From: an uncultured Nitrososphaerales archaeon
GTDB taxonomy: Archaea > Thermoproteota > Nitrososphaeria > Nitrososphaerales > Nitrososphaeraceae
Reading direction: 5' to 3'
Length of the DNA stretch: 64,000 nt
NCBI GenBank assembly: GCA_963841565.1
Contig: CAWJCY010000012.1
Span: forward strand, 256,001-320,000
A program made the translations under genes and the position numbers. The notes beneath the pieces are model-generated. The model made no database searches, was not told the DNA's origin, and worked only from the letters and a program-made list of their open reading frames with translations. This document shows positions 20,311 to 32,047 of this stretch, one piece after another. Numbering within the stretch: the first letter of the stretch is position 1; each line of letters starts with the position of its first letter.

Positions 20311-20863
20311 TTGAATAGAAGCAGCATTTATTCTGAATTCAAGTTATCAAATTTCTATGTTTCAATCTTTTACTGCGGTAAATTGGAAAATGTTAATGGA
20401 ACCAAGTTAGTAGAACAAACACGATACCGTTTTGAAAACGTTTACATTCAAGGAATTAATGTCGAGGCCATTTTTGGCTTGCGAGCACGTCGTCGAGGCT
20501 TTAAAGATCACGCTGGAAGCTCTTAAAAGAGGGATTATGGCTGCGAATCGACCCGAGCTTGACTTATTGTTGCGAATTTCTTGTACTACTCAAATTTCTA
20601 AGGCAATAAGTCATGCAGGGATAAAGTCTGGAAAATGTGTTTATTTTGTCATGTTTTCTAAAAATAAACGTGATTTACTCAAGGCTCGCTACTATGTGTT
20701 ACAATCGTTACCTGAATTTGATAGTCCCGAATTCGTTGTTGATGCATCAACACGAAATACTCTTGCAACCAATTTAGGTTTTGAAGCCGGCTCATATTTT
20801 CTGACTGATGATGACGAATTTCTTAAGTACCTTATTGAACGTGCAGCTCTAATCACAAAATAA
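20311..20863 (+). CDS. cgi121: KEOPS subunit Cgi121, split by a +1 insertion
   Basis: ELDLLLRISCTTQISKAISHAGIK...ERAAL. ORFs 20311-20526 and 20432-20863 join (IFGLQHVVEAL) on removing one base in GCGAGC 20481-20486. Confidence 0.82.
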
Positions 20864-21063
20864 CCTTGGTCACCTTTTTGATTCCTGTGTGTCATACTAA
20901 GTTAGGCATAATGAGATTCCTTGATCTTTGTTACGATATTTAAAATCAAAATTAGTGGATATGTGCACACCTCAGTTCCGAGGAGTGAGTTATCTATACT
21001 ACTGTGCAACTCTAAAGGATTTTGAAAGCCCATTTCGGTATTAATACAAATTTTGATACTACT

Positions 21064-21097
21064 ACTCCGCCTTATCCAATTTAGATAAAGGCGGAGT
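21064..21097. terminator. Imperfect hairpin between convergent cgi121 and prs
   Basis: ACTCCGCCTTATC-N7-GATAAAGGCGGAGT (13-bp stem with one bulge). Confidence 0.3.
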
Positions 21098-21301
21098 TTA
21101 CTGACAATAGTTATTAGCTAACTTAAGAACAGAACAGGACGATCAGGGAGTCCAATTTAGTCCGAGAATGGAGAAAAGGTGAACCAGCCCTACATATTAA
21201 ATGTGATCTCACGAGCAATAGCAGTTCTTAATTCATTCACTGAATCAGCCTGTGGACAATACATGTTTCACAATAATAAAATCAACAATCTCCATCTAAT
21301 A

Positions 21302-22307
21302 TCAAGTGATCATCTCTGATATTGCAGGAGCTATTACCGGACTAAGATCTATTGCTTCAACGAATGCACCCATAGCTTCCATCTTAGGAACAGAATTTGT
21401 TGTCACTATCTTATCCACTCCAGCAGCCTTAATTTGTTTAGTCGACTCCTCAGTCATTAACGCATGGGAGCACATGACTGTAATACCCCGACAACCACCT
21501 GATTTCAAAATTTCAGCAGCTTTGATTATTGTACTTCCGGGTACTGACAATATCATCAATTAACGCAATATCTAGCCCTCGAATTCGGTCTCCATTTAGT
21601 GCCGACAAGTGATCAACTTTTATCTCTCCAGTGCTCCGATCTCTTGTTTTCTTCATGCAGGTAATATTATTATTTAACAGAATGGCAAACGACTTTGCTC
21701 TGCTAAAACCTCCTTCATCAGGCGACACTGTGATAGAGTTTTTTATATTCATTCCGAGTTTTGACTTTGCATAATCTGCCAGTAATGGTATGGCAGACAC
21801 GTTTATTGAATTCATCCTCTCTTCGAAGTATGATAACGCTCGTAAACTATGAATGTCTACCGTTACCATATTGCGAGCTCCAAAGATCTCAAACATATTT
21901 GCCAACAATTCGGTAGTTACTACTTCTCCTTCAAGAAATGCACTATCCTGTCGTGCATAAGCCATATACGGTACTACAACAATGATATCCTTTGCAGAAT
22001 CATCCACACATTTCTTCAGCAGCATTAGAGTTTGCAGTATGTGTCTGTCGACTTGTGGAGGGAATGCAGACTGAACTATTATGCATGTTTTATTTTTTAA
22101 TTTCTCCTTAATTCGAATTTTGCTCTCCCCGTCAGAAAATACCCTCAATTCAGGACAAATCATGCTCAAACCCATTGCTTTAGAGATATTGGTAGCTAGA
22201 CCTACAGATGATGGCCCTGCTATTACCACCTTTGGCGACAGCACGGGGCCTTTACGCAACGAATTTGGATCGACATCTCTCTCTAAATCCATATCATTCT
22301 TCCCCAT
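21302..22307 (-). CDS. prs: Ribose-phosphate pyrophosphokinase, split by a +1 insertion
   Basis: FSDGESKIRI, PYMAYARQD, VDIHS, SPDEGG. PRPP motif IDDIVSTGST is restored by removing one C of ACCCGG (plus strand 21537-21541). Confidence 0.9.
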
Positions 22308-22832
22308 TCAGAAAGAGATTCCCTCTCGATCTTGCTTAAGGAGTTAATCCTCATTTGCTTAAACACCTCAACAAGATTAGCTTGTGTATTTGAATGTTGC
22401 AGTAAGTATTTAATTTTTATTTTCTGAATGTCGTCGATCTTTGTTCCACGTATTGTGTTGTCATTATTTAATTTCATAAACTAAATTAATTTGTTCTCAA
22501 TGCATTCAACGTACTACGATTCACTCAATATCCTTTTCCAACTTAGCGCATAGCTAGTAACTCCCATCCAAAATTGAAGACCTAGGAGTAACAGGCAATT
22601 AAAAGGATATTTCTCCACCACCGGTACTATTGTAAATTGACTGTGGGACTAATCTTCAAAGTTTTAATAAGGCCTGGAATTAGTTTTCGCGAGAAGCGAA
22701 GAGTATCCTCAAACGTCATTTTTCGATATTGTCCAGCTACTAAATGTGGCCACCAATATTAATGCGTAAAGTAGTCCTGGAGAGCTGATGAAAAATAATG
22801 TAACTGATGCTGCATTCTTTTCATGTAAATAC

Positions 22833-25161
22833 TTAACCTGTTCCTACGCTCTCAGTGGGGGCAGCCCCAACATTAGGCTGTCCAAATTGCTCAGAGATGC
22901 CTTTATACATGTTCAGTTCCTGGGTTGATAATGGCCTAATCTTCTTGACAGCCTCCTCAAAGTGCTTCATATGTATTTTAAGTTCCTTCACATGAGCATC
23001 AGCTTCTTTTGAATCCTTGTATTTTGATATATGTTCTCTTAGTGCTAACATGACTGCGGCAGAGGATAAGGACGAAATGTCAGCACCTGTATATCTATCC
23101 GTAATATCTGCCAACTTTTCAATATTAACATCCTCTGCTAGAGGTTTTTTCTTTGTATGAATCTTTATGATTTGAACCCTTGAATCTCGATCCGGTGAGG
23201 GTACGTATAGCAACCTATCAAACCTACCTGGTCTGAGTAAAGCGGTATCTATAATGTCAGGACGGTTTGTAGCAGCGATGACAATGACGTTAGTCAGTAC
23301 TTCAAGTCCATCTAATTCTGTCAGCAGTTGGCTTATCAACCTCTCAGTTACATGAGAGTCTCCAAAGTCGCCGCCTCTTCTTGGGGCAATGGCGTCTATT
23401 TCATCGAAAAAGATGATACATGGAGCAGCTTGCCTTGCTTTGCGGAACACCTCGCGAACTCCTTTCTCTGACTCGCCAACCCATTTTGAAATAAGCTCTG
23501 GACCCTTAATGCTTATGAAATTAGCTTCACTCTCATTGGCTGCTGCCTTTGCCATCAATGTCTTGCCTGTTCCAGGGGGACCGTAAAGCAAGATTCCCTT
23601 TGGAGGTGTGGCGTCAGCGTAGGAAAATATGCCCTGATACTTGAGGGGCCATTCGACGGCTTCTTGCAATTCCTGTTTAATCGATGCTAGTCCTCCAATG
23701 TCATCCCATTTCACATCAGGAACCTCTACGAATACTTCCCTCATCAGCTGATGGTTCCATTTCTGTGACAACGTCTAGAAAGTCCTGCATAGTAACAATG
23801 ATCTTCCTCAATGTTTCTGCCGGTATGTTTTCAGAAGTTAAATCAACTTCAGGCAGGACTCGCCTTAATGCTCCAAGCCCTGCTTCCCTTGTCAAGGCAT
23901 GCAGGTCAGCTCCCACGTATCCATGAGAAATATCTGCAAGCTTTTCCAAGTTTACATCTTTAGCAAGAGGCATCCCCCTTGTGTGTATCTGCAATATTTC
24001 TAATCTGCCCTTTCGATCTGGTACACCGATTTCTATTTCCCTATCAAATCTGCCCGGACGCCGTAGAGCCTCGTCAATAGCATTAACTCTGTTTGTTGCC
24101 CCTATGACTACCACTTTTCCCCTTGTAGACATACCGTCCATCAGAGAGAGTAGTTGAGCTACGATTCTCCTCTCGACTTCTCCTGTCACTTCTGCTCGTT
24201 TTGGAGCAATCGAATCTATTTCATCGATGAAAATAATTGAAGGTGCATTCTTTTCAGCCTGCTGGAACACATTTCGTAATCTCTCTTCTGACTCTCCATA
24301 ATACTTACTCATTATTTCTGGACCACCTATAGTGTAGAAATTGGCATTTGTTTCATTGGCGACTGCCTTGGCCAACAAGGTCTTTCCAGTTCCAGGTGGG
24401 CCATGAAGAAGAACGCCTTTGGGTGCTTCTACACCCAGTCTCTTGAATAATTCTGGATGCCTTAGGGGAAGCTCAATCATCTCCCTCACTCGGCCAACGG
24501 CGTTTCCCAACCCTCCTATGTCCTCGTATGTTATAGAAGGTGCTCCACCTTCCTTTGAGACTTGCACTGCCTTTGCACTCTCCTCAGAAACAGTAATCTT
24601 TGTAGATGGAGTAACTATCACTGGGCCTGAGGGATTTGTAGCAATCACCACTAGATCAATTCTTTGACCCATAACGTTCAAAGGTATCGTATCGCCCTTT
24701 GTCATCAACTGGCCATTAAGATACTCTGCAAGATATTCCTCTGCTCCTACAATTCTCAGTGGTTCTGTGGGGGCAAAGGTTATGCTCTTTGCTTCCTTAG
24801 ATTGAACTTTTTTAACTTCAATTTGATCGTTGATCCCAACGTCAAGTCTGTTTCGTGCGTAGCCATCAATACGAATTAAACCGTTGCCTCTATCGGTACT
24901 TCGTGCAGGCCAACTTAGCACAGTTGTTTTCTTTCCAAGTGATGATAATTCTAGCGCGTCTCCACTTGTGATGCCTAGACGTTCGGCTACTTTGGGATCC
25001 ACACGTGCAATCTTTCTTCCTACATCGCGTTGTTCTGCTTCTGCAACTTTCAAGGTTGCCCCCCTGGGGTCCTTCCTAGAAGCATTATTGGATTCATTTA
25101 TATCGTTCTGGACTGGGCCCTTCCCATCAAAGTTGTCATCTTTACTATTATTATTTGAAAT
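22833..25161 (-). CDS. cdc48: CDC48/VAT AAA+ ATPase, split by a +1 insertion
   Basis: N-domain plus two AAA modules (GPPGTGKT twice). ORFs 23716-25053 and 22833-23771 join as [15 protein letters not shown] on removing one base near 23745. The frame is open upstream to an ATT at 25161. Confidence 0.92.
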
Positions 25162-25490
25162 ATGCTTTCACCGACTAAGTTCTAATTGATTTAGCACTTA
25201 AGTATTTTCCCCGAGAGTATTCGAGAAATGTGATGCAGCATGCAATCCTTCCAGAGCTTTAAAATCAGGCATTACACATGGTTGAGATGCTCTTACATAA
25301 TCTTGACCTAGCATCTTTGACTATCCTAGAATATTCCTATTCATAATATGGCGCTTTCTAAGCCGTTTCAACCTCTAAACACCAACTCCTAAACATAAAA
25401 TCAATGAAACTAAATTAGTGACCTAGAATAGAACGCTAGAACCTATAGTTGTAAGTTTATAGTGAGATCGAGTACTAAATATTTGGTAAT

Positions 25491-25919
25491 TTGAAGATGA
25501 ATAACTTTAGTAACCGCCATAAAGTGAAAGTGACTCAAAAAGAGCGTAAATTTCTGTTGGAAAACGAAGTGTGTAGGATAGCTACTTCCCATGATGACGT
25601 ACCGCATGTTGTACCTGTTGCATATATCTATGACAAAGATGCTATTACTTTTGTAACGGATTATGGAACAAGAAAATATAAGAATTTGGAAGTCAACAAG
25701 AATGTCTCGGTAGTTGTTGATGTCTACGATCATTCTGGAGAGAACAAGGCTATAATACTACAAGGCAAAGCTGTTATTATCGAAAGAGGAGCGGAATTTA
25801 AGAGGCTGTATCAAATATTTAATAAGAGGTTTGAATGGGTAAGAAAAAATCCATGGAAAGAAGGAGAAGCCCCCTTTGTAAGAGTAGATGCTTTCAATAA
25901 AGTAAGATGGGGGTTGTAG
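25491..25919 (+). CDS. Pyridoxamine 5'-phosphate oxidase-like (split-barrel flavin/F420-binding) protein
   Basis: VCRIAT..DVPHVVPV....RKYKNLEVNKNVSVVVD. Confidence 0.85.
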   Translation: MKMNNFSNRHKVKVTQKERKFLLENEVCRIATSHDDVPHVVPVAYIYDKDAITFVTDYGTRKYKNLEVNKNVSVVVDVYDHSGENKAIILQGKAVIIERGAEFKRLYQIFNKRFEWVRKNPWKEGEAPFVRVDAFNKVRWGL

Positions 25920-26218
25920 GAATGAATTTGGCGAAATCAGAATAATCACATTTTTAATACTATATCTCGTAACACGTTTTCTTGTCTTTGCACAGTTGAA
26001 GTCTTAATCTTGGGATCATCGGAATAAAGATCTAGTTGAGGACACTGACGCGTGCAATTGTGTTAGATTGGCTTTGGAGGAATGGAACAAGGATGACATA
26101 ACGCGATCTAAGCATTCTAATTGAGAGAAACTCTTAGGATTTTACAGTATTAAACATCTACCCTTTACGTGTCCTATAATTAAAAATATTTAAGGATGAT
26201 ACTCGAACCAACTTACTA

Positions 26219-26644
26219 ATGGCAACCCTAAAGCTAAGCAAGGAATTAGCTGTACCTCTTGATAAAGTGTGGGACATTGTAGGAGACATAGATAGAGAAC
26301 CTGAATTCTGGCACGGGACCAAGTCCATTAGAAATATTAGCAAAAAGGGAAATACTGTCGAAAGGGACGTTGTAATCGCATTTAAGAATTCTATGTGTCG
26401 AGAGATTGTACAATTAGATCCTAAAAAGAGGATTAATACAGAAATACTTAGTGGTCCTATCAAAGGAACCAAGACCTTAACACTCACATCTATCGATAGC
26501 AATGCTACCTCAATAACAGTCAATTGGGATTTTGAGCTATCTGGTTTCTACAAATTATTTTCTGGTATGGTTAGAAAGCATATTCATAAAGGGACTGAGG
26601 AAGCATTAGAGAGAATATCAAAAAAATTAACTCAGACTCAGTAG
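26219..26644 (+). CDS. SRPBCC/START (polyketide cyclase-like) protein
   Basis: PLDKVWDIVGDIDREPEFW...EEALERI. Confidence 0.85.
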   Translation: MATLKLSKELAVPLDKVWDIVGDIDREPEFWHGTKSIRNISKKGNTVERDVVIAFKNSMCREIVQLDPKKRINTEILSGPIKGTKTLTLTSIDSNATSITVNWDFELSGFYKLFSGMVRKHIHKGTEEALERISKKLTQTQ

Positions 26645-28097
26645 AGTCTGCGACTCCAACTCACTGAGCGAGAACCATATTAATAGATGTGAAACGAGCA
26701 CAAATATTGATTAGTAGTAGCTATTTGAGATCTGCTTAAGAAATATCCTATATTTCAACGGATACGAATATTTCTACATGTGATTTGATTCCATAGAAGG
26801 ATTCCATACAGGAAACTTCATGGTAGCTAAAGATAAAATTAGTATCACTACATAGTCCTTCTTAAAAGGGATGGTAATGGAAAATTCCAAAGCAGGGTAA
26901 ACAAGTGTTGATGTTATTTTTTTATACTATAAACTACAAAATTAGTTTCGAATCTATTTCTACGAAACTTTTTTTCATTCCTACCCCTTTTGGTATTAAT
27001 AGTTCGAACCGGTATCTGCCTTGAGGAGCTTTCTATACGTTCAATCATGCAATGGCAAGAATAACAAAAATCGCATCTTACACATATCGTTGATTTCCGA
27101 GAGCGAGCAATGAACGCAGTTCTTGTAAGTTAATGAATTGGCAGGTTCAGCCAGATATTCATGCATCTATAATTTCTTCCAAAGGTATAGATACAAATAC
27201 CAGTAATTATAATTTCGGTCACCTAAAGTAGAGGGAGGGTGTATCTCTTTTTTTCTCCGTAAGCGAATTATTTCTTGAGTATGATAGAATTCGGGGGTGA
27301 AATCAACGAAATCTTTCCACGTCATCTTTCCACTAGCCAATGATGATCCGGTCATAGAGACGTGAACAAGCGAACAATTATCTCCTTGTCCCTGTTTTTC
27401 TGTGTAGAAAATTACCTTCGCTCATTGACGTGTTGAAAACTTCCAAAGGGTCCCACTATTCTGCTACTAAACGGGTTCAACGATAAGCGAATTTTCTTTT
27501 AGCGTTAATATAGGCCAGAATACTGACGCACATGTGTGATGAATGCCAGAGGGGCTTGCTACATTTGGAGGATTATGACCCTCCGATGCTGTTGTTGGGG
27601 GGCATAATGCACTTTTCTATGTCAGTGCTCATTTTTACATAAAAGTCACTCTGTCAACAAATTTGGCAGTTATCTTGAATCATTCGACAAAGTTAAGGTC
27701 ACGTTATTGAAACGTGACCGTCATAACTCTGCCGGGGTTTGGAGTTATTTCAGTCGGTAAATTAGGCTCGTGATCCCTCTTTAAGAGGATTTGTGACTTT
27801 CGATTCCCAAATTATGATATTAATCTTTTTCTATTCTTGGGTGTTACATTCAACTGAATTCCATGAATCAATTATCCTTCTTCCTACCTCCTTAACCTGC
27901 TCAATCCTAAGTATTTTGAACCAAAGTGCATTATCCTACCTTGCTTAATGAGGAAAATATGGTATAACAATGAGGGCCGGGCCGAGCTTTCCAAAATTAA
28001 TCTCGCAGGCGCTAGCAGGAGCTCTTGTTTAATTAAATTTGTCTACTAAGCAGATCAAACAGCTAATCACTTAAATTCTTGAAAATACTAAAGCTCA

Positions 28098-28235
28098 TTA
28101 CCATTTACCTACGTCACCTTCTAACAATCCTGAACCAGTATGTATTCTATCAATGTGCTTGGACAAGTCTTGCTTGCTTTCGAATTTGGATTGACAGTAC
28201 GGGCACGAAAATTCTTCTTTTCCCATTTCAATCAT
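28098..28235 (-). CDS. 45-aa C2H2 zinc-finger microprotein
   Basis: MIEMGKEEFSCPYCQSKFESKQDLSKHIDRIHTGSGLLEGDVGKW* (hand-translated, below the track cut-off). Confidence 0.75.
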   Translation of the reverse strand: MIEMGKEEFSCPYCQSKFESKQDLSKHIDRIHTGSGLLEGDVGKW

Positions 28236-28346
28236 ATACTCTCAATATACCCACTTAAGCCTATGCTTTACCTTCCATTAAGTAAAATGGAAACCCGGTT
28301 CAGGAAGAAAAAAACAGCATAAGTACCACTGTTTAGAAATAATACA

Positions 28347-28543
28347 GCCTTATGAGTAGAGTTAATCAATCAAGGACTAGATCATTGTCAATGTATATGA
28401 ATCCATTTGAAATTGTTGGTTATGTTGCATTAGGTTTCGTACCTACGTTAGTGGCAATGAAGATAGGATGGGATTTAGCAAGAAAGAAGATACTGTTTTC
28501 ATATCTCAAGGGGGATGAGTCATACGCGACCGCTGAACCAACT
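28347..28543 (+). repeat. 197-bp exact direct repeat, copy 1 (copy 2 at 32784-32980)
   Basis: Base-by-base identity at offset 4437; flanks are similar but diverged. Confidence 0.9.
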
Positions 28544-28564
28544 GCATTAACTGCAAGAAACTGA
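28352..28564 (+). CDS. Small single-TM membrane protein, copy 1
   Basis: MNPFEIVGYVALGFVPTLVAMKIGW; duplicated at 32789-33004. Confidence 0.7.
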   Translation: MSRVNQSRTRSLSMYMNPFEIVGYVALGFVPTLVAMKIGWDLARKKILFSYLKGDESYATAEPTALTARN

Positions 28565-28705
28565 ACTCGGACCACAAAATTTCTATAATTAACTTATCAA
28601 TTCAGTCCTGAGGCTTATTTCTGATCCTGTGGCGCATCATGAAATTAAGAGAATATGATTTGGCTAAGTTGGCAGCTGCCATACTAAAATACTACTTATT
28701 CAATA

Positions 28706-29449
28706 TCAAATGACTTGTGGGGTAGGTCTTATCAAAATCTCGTTAACATTAACATGTGAGGGAGCCTGTACTGCGTACAGTATTGCGTCTGCAATATCAT
28801 GTGCCTGTAATGATTCCATTTTTTTTGATGCCTCAATAAAGCGTGTCATAGACTCGTCAGTTATTGTTTCTAGCAGTTCAGTTGATACTGCTCCAGGCTC
28901 AATACAGGTTACCCTTATCTTTGACCTTGGACTGAATTCAATTCTGAGTCCTTCGCTGAAAGCAGTTATTGCATGTTTGGTCGCACAATAGACAGTCCCG
29001 CCTGCAAAGACTAGTCTTCCAGCTACGGAAGACATGTTTACAATGTGTCCTGATTCCTTCTGTAGCATATGCGGTATTACAGCCGACGTACAGTAAAGGA
29101 CGCCCTTAAGATTAACATCGATCATTTGTTCCCATTCATCAAACTTGTTATTTTTGAAAAAACTTAATGGCATCAAGCCAGCATTATTTACTAATATATC
29201 AACAGTACCCCATTTCTTGACAGCAGCGTCAACGAAGGAGTTGCAATTTGCTCTGTTGGTAACGTCAAGAGCGTGAACAAGAATTTCAGCTCCACGGGAT
29301 TCGCTAATTTCTTTCTCTAGACCCTTCAACCTTTCCACCCTCCTCGCACCGACTGCGACATGTGCACCGGCCTTTGATAACCCGATTGCTGTAGCATAGC
29401 CTATCCCACTGCTCGCTCCAGTAACCAAAGCTACTTTATTTTTCAACAT
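28706..29449 (-). CDS. Short-chain dehydrogenase/reductase (YdfG-like)
   Basis: TGASSGIG, NNAG, YCATK. Confidence 0.93.
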   Translation of the reverse strand: MLKNKVALVTGASSGIGYATAIGLSKAGAHVAVGARRVERLKGLEKEISESRGAEILVHALDVTNRANCNSFVDAAVKKWGTVDILVNNAGLMPLSFFKNNKFDEWEQMIDVNLKGVLYCTSAVIPHMLQKESGHIVNMSSVAGRLVFAGGTVYCATKHAITAFSEGLRIEFSPRSKIRVTCIEPGAVSTELLETITDESMTRFIEASKKMESLQAHDIADAILYAVQAPSHVNVNEILIRPTPQVI

Positions 29450-29697
29450 TTAGTTGGCACTTTGTAGTTTTAAATGCTGGGATACATCTAAATAAATATT
29501 GGTTTATCAATATGGACATCTAATCAGAACTTCACTAGAAAATAAGGACTTCGGATACTTGAGTATTGATTTATCGTAAATAGGGAGATAAATAAGTTAT
29601 GTAATTATAATCCATCCATCCGAATACTGATTCATGAAGTGCCTTGCTATATTTACGCCACTAGAATAGTCGTCAGATGAGCATTGATTTCATAAAA

Positions 29698-29715
29698 TGG
29701 ACCCAGAGGGATTCG
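29698..29715 (-). repeat. Isolated tRNA 3'-end fragment (att-like remnant)
   Basis: Minus strand reads approximately CGAATCCCTCTGGGTCCA (T-loop, T-stem and acceptor 3' strand) with no tRNA body upstream. Confidence 0.5.
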
Positions 29716-29868
29716 TATGAAAATTCATTCGTATCCTTTACGCCGGGTATTCGTGGATTTCTTATACAGCGATTCACGGTTGCTAGCGATATCTCTACCA
29801 TAATCTACTGATTCTGCATTCAAAGTTTCCTAATCGATGTTGTCGTTACTGGCAAGTAGGCATTCAGA

Positions 29869-30363
29869 TTACTCCATTAATCTTGAAATTGCAGCTGCTT
29901 CTGCAATAGTTGAAACTTTCGGAATTATCTTTTCAATTCCCTGCCAAATGCTCCTAAGCCGATGAAGGTCGGGATTTTGAGTACTCAATTCACTTTCAAA
30001 ATTTTCGTAAAGTATCACAGCTGAAGCATCATTTGATTCCTGAATAAGCCCTTTCAGAATTCTTAGTGCCTCCCTAACCTCATCATCTTTCCTGTTTTGA
30101 GTTAGGCGATTAAAAGAATTCTGAACTGAGCTTCTGTTTATGATACTTGAATTATCTACCTTTTCGAAGAAATCGCCATGAACGTTGTTTCGCCGTATGA
30201 AATCCCCCTTAATATTATAAATGATATTAGGTGGAAAATGGTTTGTTGATTTGTGAGGTTGACTGTGAGCTTCTTCTAGTTCTTTTAATCCTTTGTGTGT
30301 TAAAGATACTTCCAAGTACTCTATCAGGAATATCTTCACCATTTTCGTCCTTAAACAGCTCAC
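29869..30363 (-). pseudogene. Probable 5'-truncated accessory protein
   Basis: Protein-like from SLTHKGLKELEEA..HFPP (wHTH wing-like) to a helical C-terminus. N-terminus implausible. Confidence 0.45.
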
Positions 30364-30470
30364 TAAGGAACGGTTTAAGTATAGTCACTGTTGGCTTCAT
30401 CCACCAGCTCACTTTAGTGACTTCGATGAGGCCTTCGTGCGACTGATAATTAGTAATCCGTGTCAACAGT

Positions 30471-30755
30471 TTGTATCTCAAAATAGGCGATAAAGAATAC
30501 AGCTACCAAGATCTCCTCAAGTATCGTATTCAGCCTACTGATCCATTTGAAGTCATCTTTCCTGATAACGGTATTGCCGGTGTTGTAAAGGGAGGTCAAT
30601 CAAAGTCTGTGGCAGATGGCTTCTACATACTAACAGAGCCTTTGGCAAAAGGGACATATCCAATTCATTATAAATCAAGCTTGATTTGTCTTGATCCAGG
30701 GTGTGCTGAACCTAATTTCGCCCAGGACATTAAATATAATATAGTTGCAAAATAA
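30471..30755 (+). pseudogene. C-terminal fragment of a thaumarchaeal secreted protein family
   Basis: PFEVIFPDNGIAGV..ADGFYILTEPLAKGTY..PNFAQDIKYNI; no signal peptide or N-terminal part. Confidence 0.55.
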
Positions 30756-30902
30756 AGCCCTTCGTCCTTTGGAATCTAATCGCCGCTAAGAAAGTTTAAT
30801 TTTCTTTGAACCTGAGATATGTAATGCTTGCTTAGGATTTCAGTGCTATGTCCTACATTTCCTTCCTTTTCACTTCACTGCGAACGAAATAGGTAGATAG
30901 AT

Positions 30903-31460
30903 ATGAGGTCACCTAACTATGAAAATAATAAAATTCTTATCTTGCATTGGATACACTTGAATATAGAGAGAAGGAATGTGAACAAAGCTCCCAACGACAA
31001 TCCAGAGCCAGAGAAGGGAACTGCCCATATTGGAAAGTTAAAACCAGACCATACAAAATTATCTTCTTCACTAGTATCTTCTGAGCCCCCGCTGCACAAG
31101 AGAATTCTAGTGGTTGACGATAGCCCAGATATTTTGTTTACCTTACGTGTTGGTCTAGAAAGTGATCCAACTATGCAAGTCTATGGTTATGATAATCCAG
31201 TAACTGCATTAGTAGAATTTACACCTAATTTTTACGATTTATTACTAATTGACGTTAACATGCCTTTAATGGACGGTTTTCAATTAGCCCAGAATCTAGT
31301 ACGGAGGGACCTCAATGTCAGGGTTTGTTTTATAACCGCTGGAGAAATAAATATGGACGCAGCAAGAGAAGTGCATCCACTTAAAAGTATAGGCTGTTTC
31401 ATCAAGAAGCCAATAGCTACAGAACAGCTGTTAAGGCGTATTAGAGCAGAGTTAGAATAG
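30903..31460 (+). CDS. Response regulator receiver (CheY-like) protein
   Basis: RILVVDD, DLLLIDVNMPLMDG, FITA, FIKKP. True start probably downstream of 30903. Confidence 0.9.
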   Translation: MRSPNYENNKILILHWIHLNIERRNVNKAPNDNPEPEKGTAHIGKLKPDHTKLSSSLVSSEPPLHKRILVVDDSPDILFTLRVGLESDPTMQVYGYDNPVTALVEFTPNFYDLLLIDVNMPLMDGFQLAQNLVRRDLNVRVCFITAGEINMDAAREVHPLKSIGCFIKKPIATEQLLRRIRAELE

Positions 31461-31590
31461 TTACAAGCTAAGCTACAATAAAAATAAATGAATTAATATT
31501 TTAATCCCAAATAAATCACATATTTCTTGTATAGCGCTTCTGGCTACTTTATCTGCTCTTTTGACTGTTTATTACCCCGCTTTGCCAACT

Positions 31591-31957
31591 CTAAATTAGC
31601 GCCGTTAACTTCGATCCCTTATTCTGTAACACTAATGATAACTGTAGGAATGCGTCAAGTATATCGTTCCAATTTGTCTTTTCTTTATCGTACCGGACCT
31701 CAGTAGGAGAGCTTGTTGCTGTTCTTAATGCGGTTACTAATTTAGTAAAGCTTGGGTCTATCCTAACTATGTTCTTGCTAAGGGCTGTGTAAGCTTTCTC
31801 AAGCATAGGTTTACGGTGCCGCTGCCAGTTGATTGCTACCACTAAGGGTAATTGTGTATGAATGAATCTATCCTGTATCTTTGGCTTTAGATCGTGTAGT
31901 TAGGATATGATTCTCTATAGCGTTCTTTTAACCCTCTTATGAATCCAGGTTGTGAAG
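31591..31957 (-). pseudogene. Probable terminase large-subunit nuclease-domain remnant (proviral relic)
   Basis: SQPGFIRGLKE, a frameshift, then VAINW..HRKPML...RIDPSFTKLVTALRTA...DKEKTNWNDILDAF. Resembles my recollection of Nitrososphaeraceae terminase-like C-termini (KLITALRTA..DK..T...D..DAF). Confidence 0.55.
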
Positions 31958-32047
31958 TTATTGTGATGATGGATTGCTTTGGAGTCATATGTCACCTGAA
32001 TGTGTGCCAACTAAAATTTGGAAAGTCCAACTTTCTGTGCTCAAGTA

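Noticed and set aside
22283-22477. 64-aa ORF upstream of prs; also 6158-6367, 27167-27355 and 31939-32220
   Set aside because: No recognisable motif or promoter support; likely chance ORFs in AT-rich or decayed DNA.
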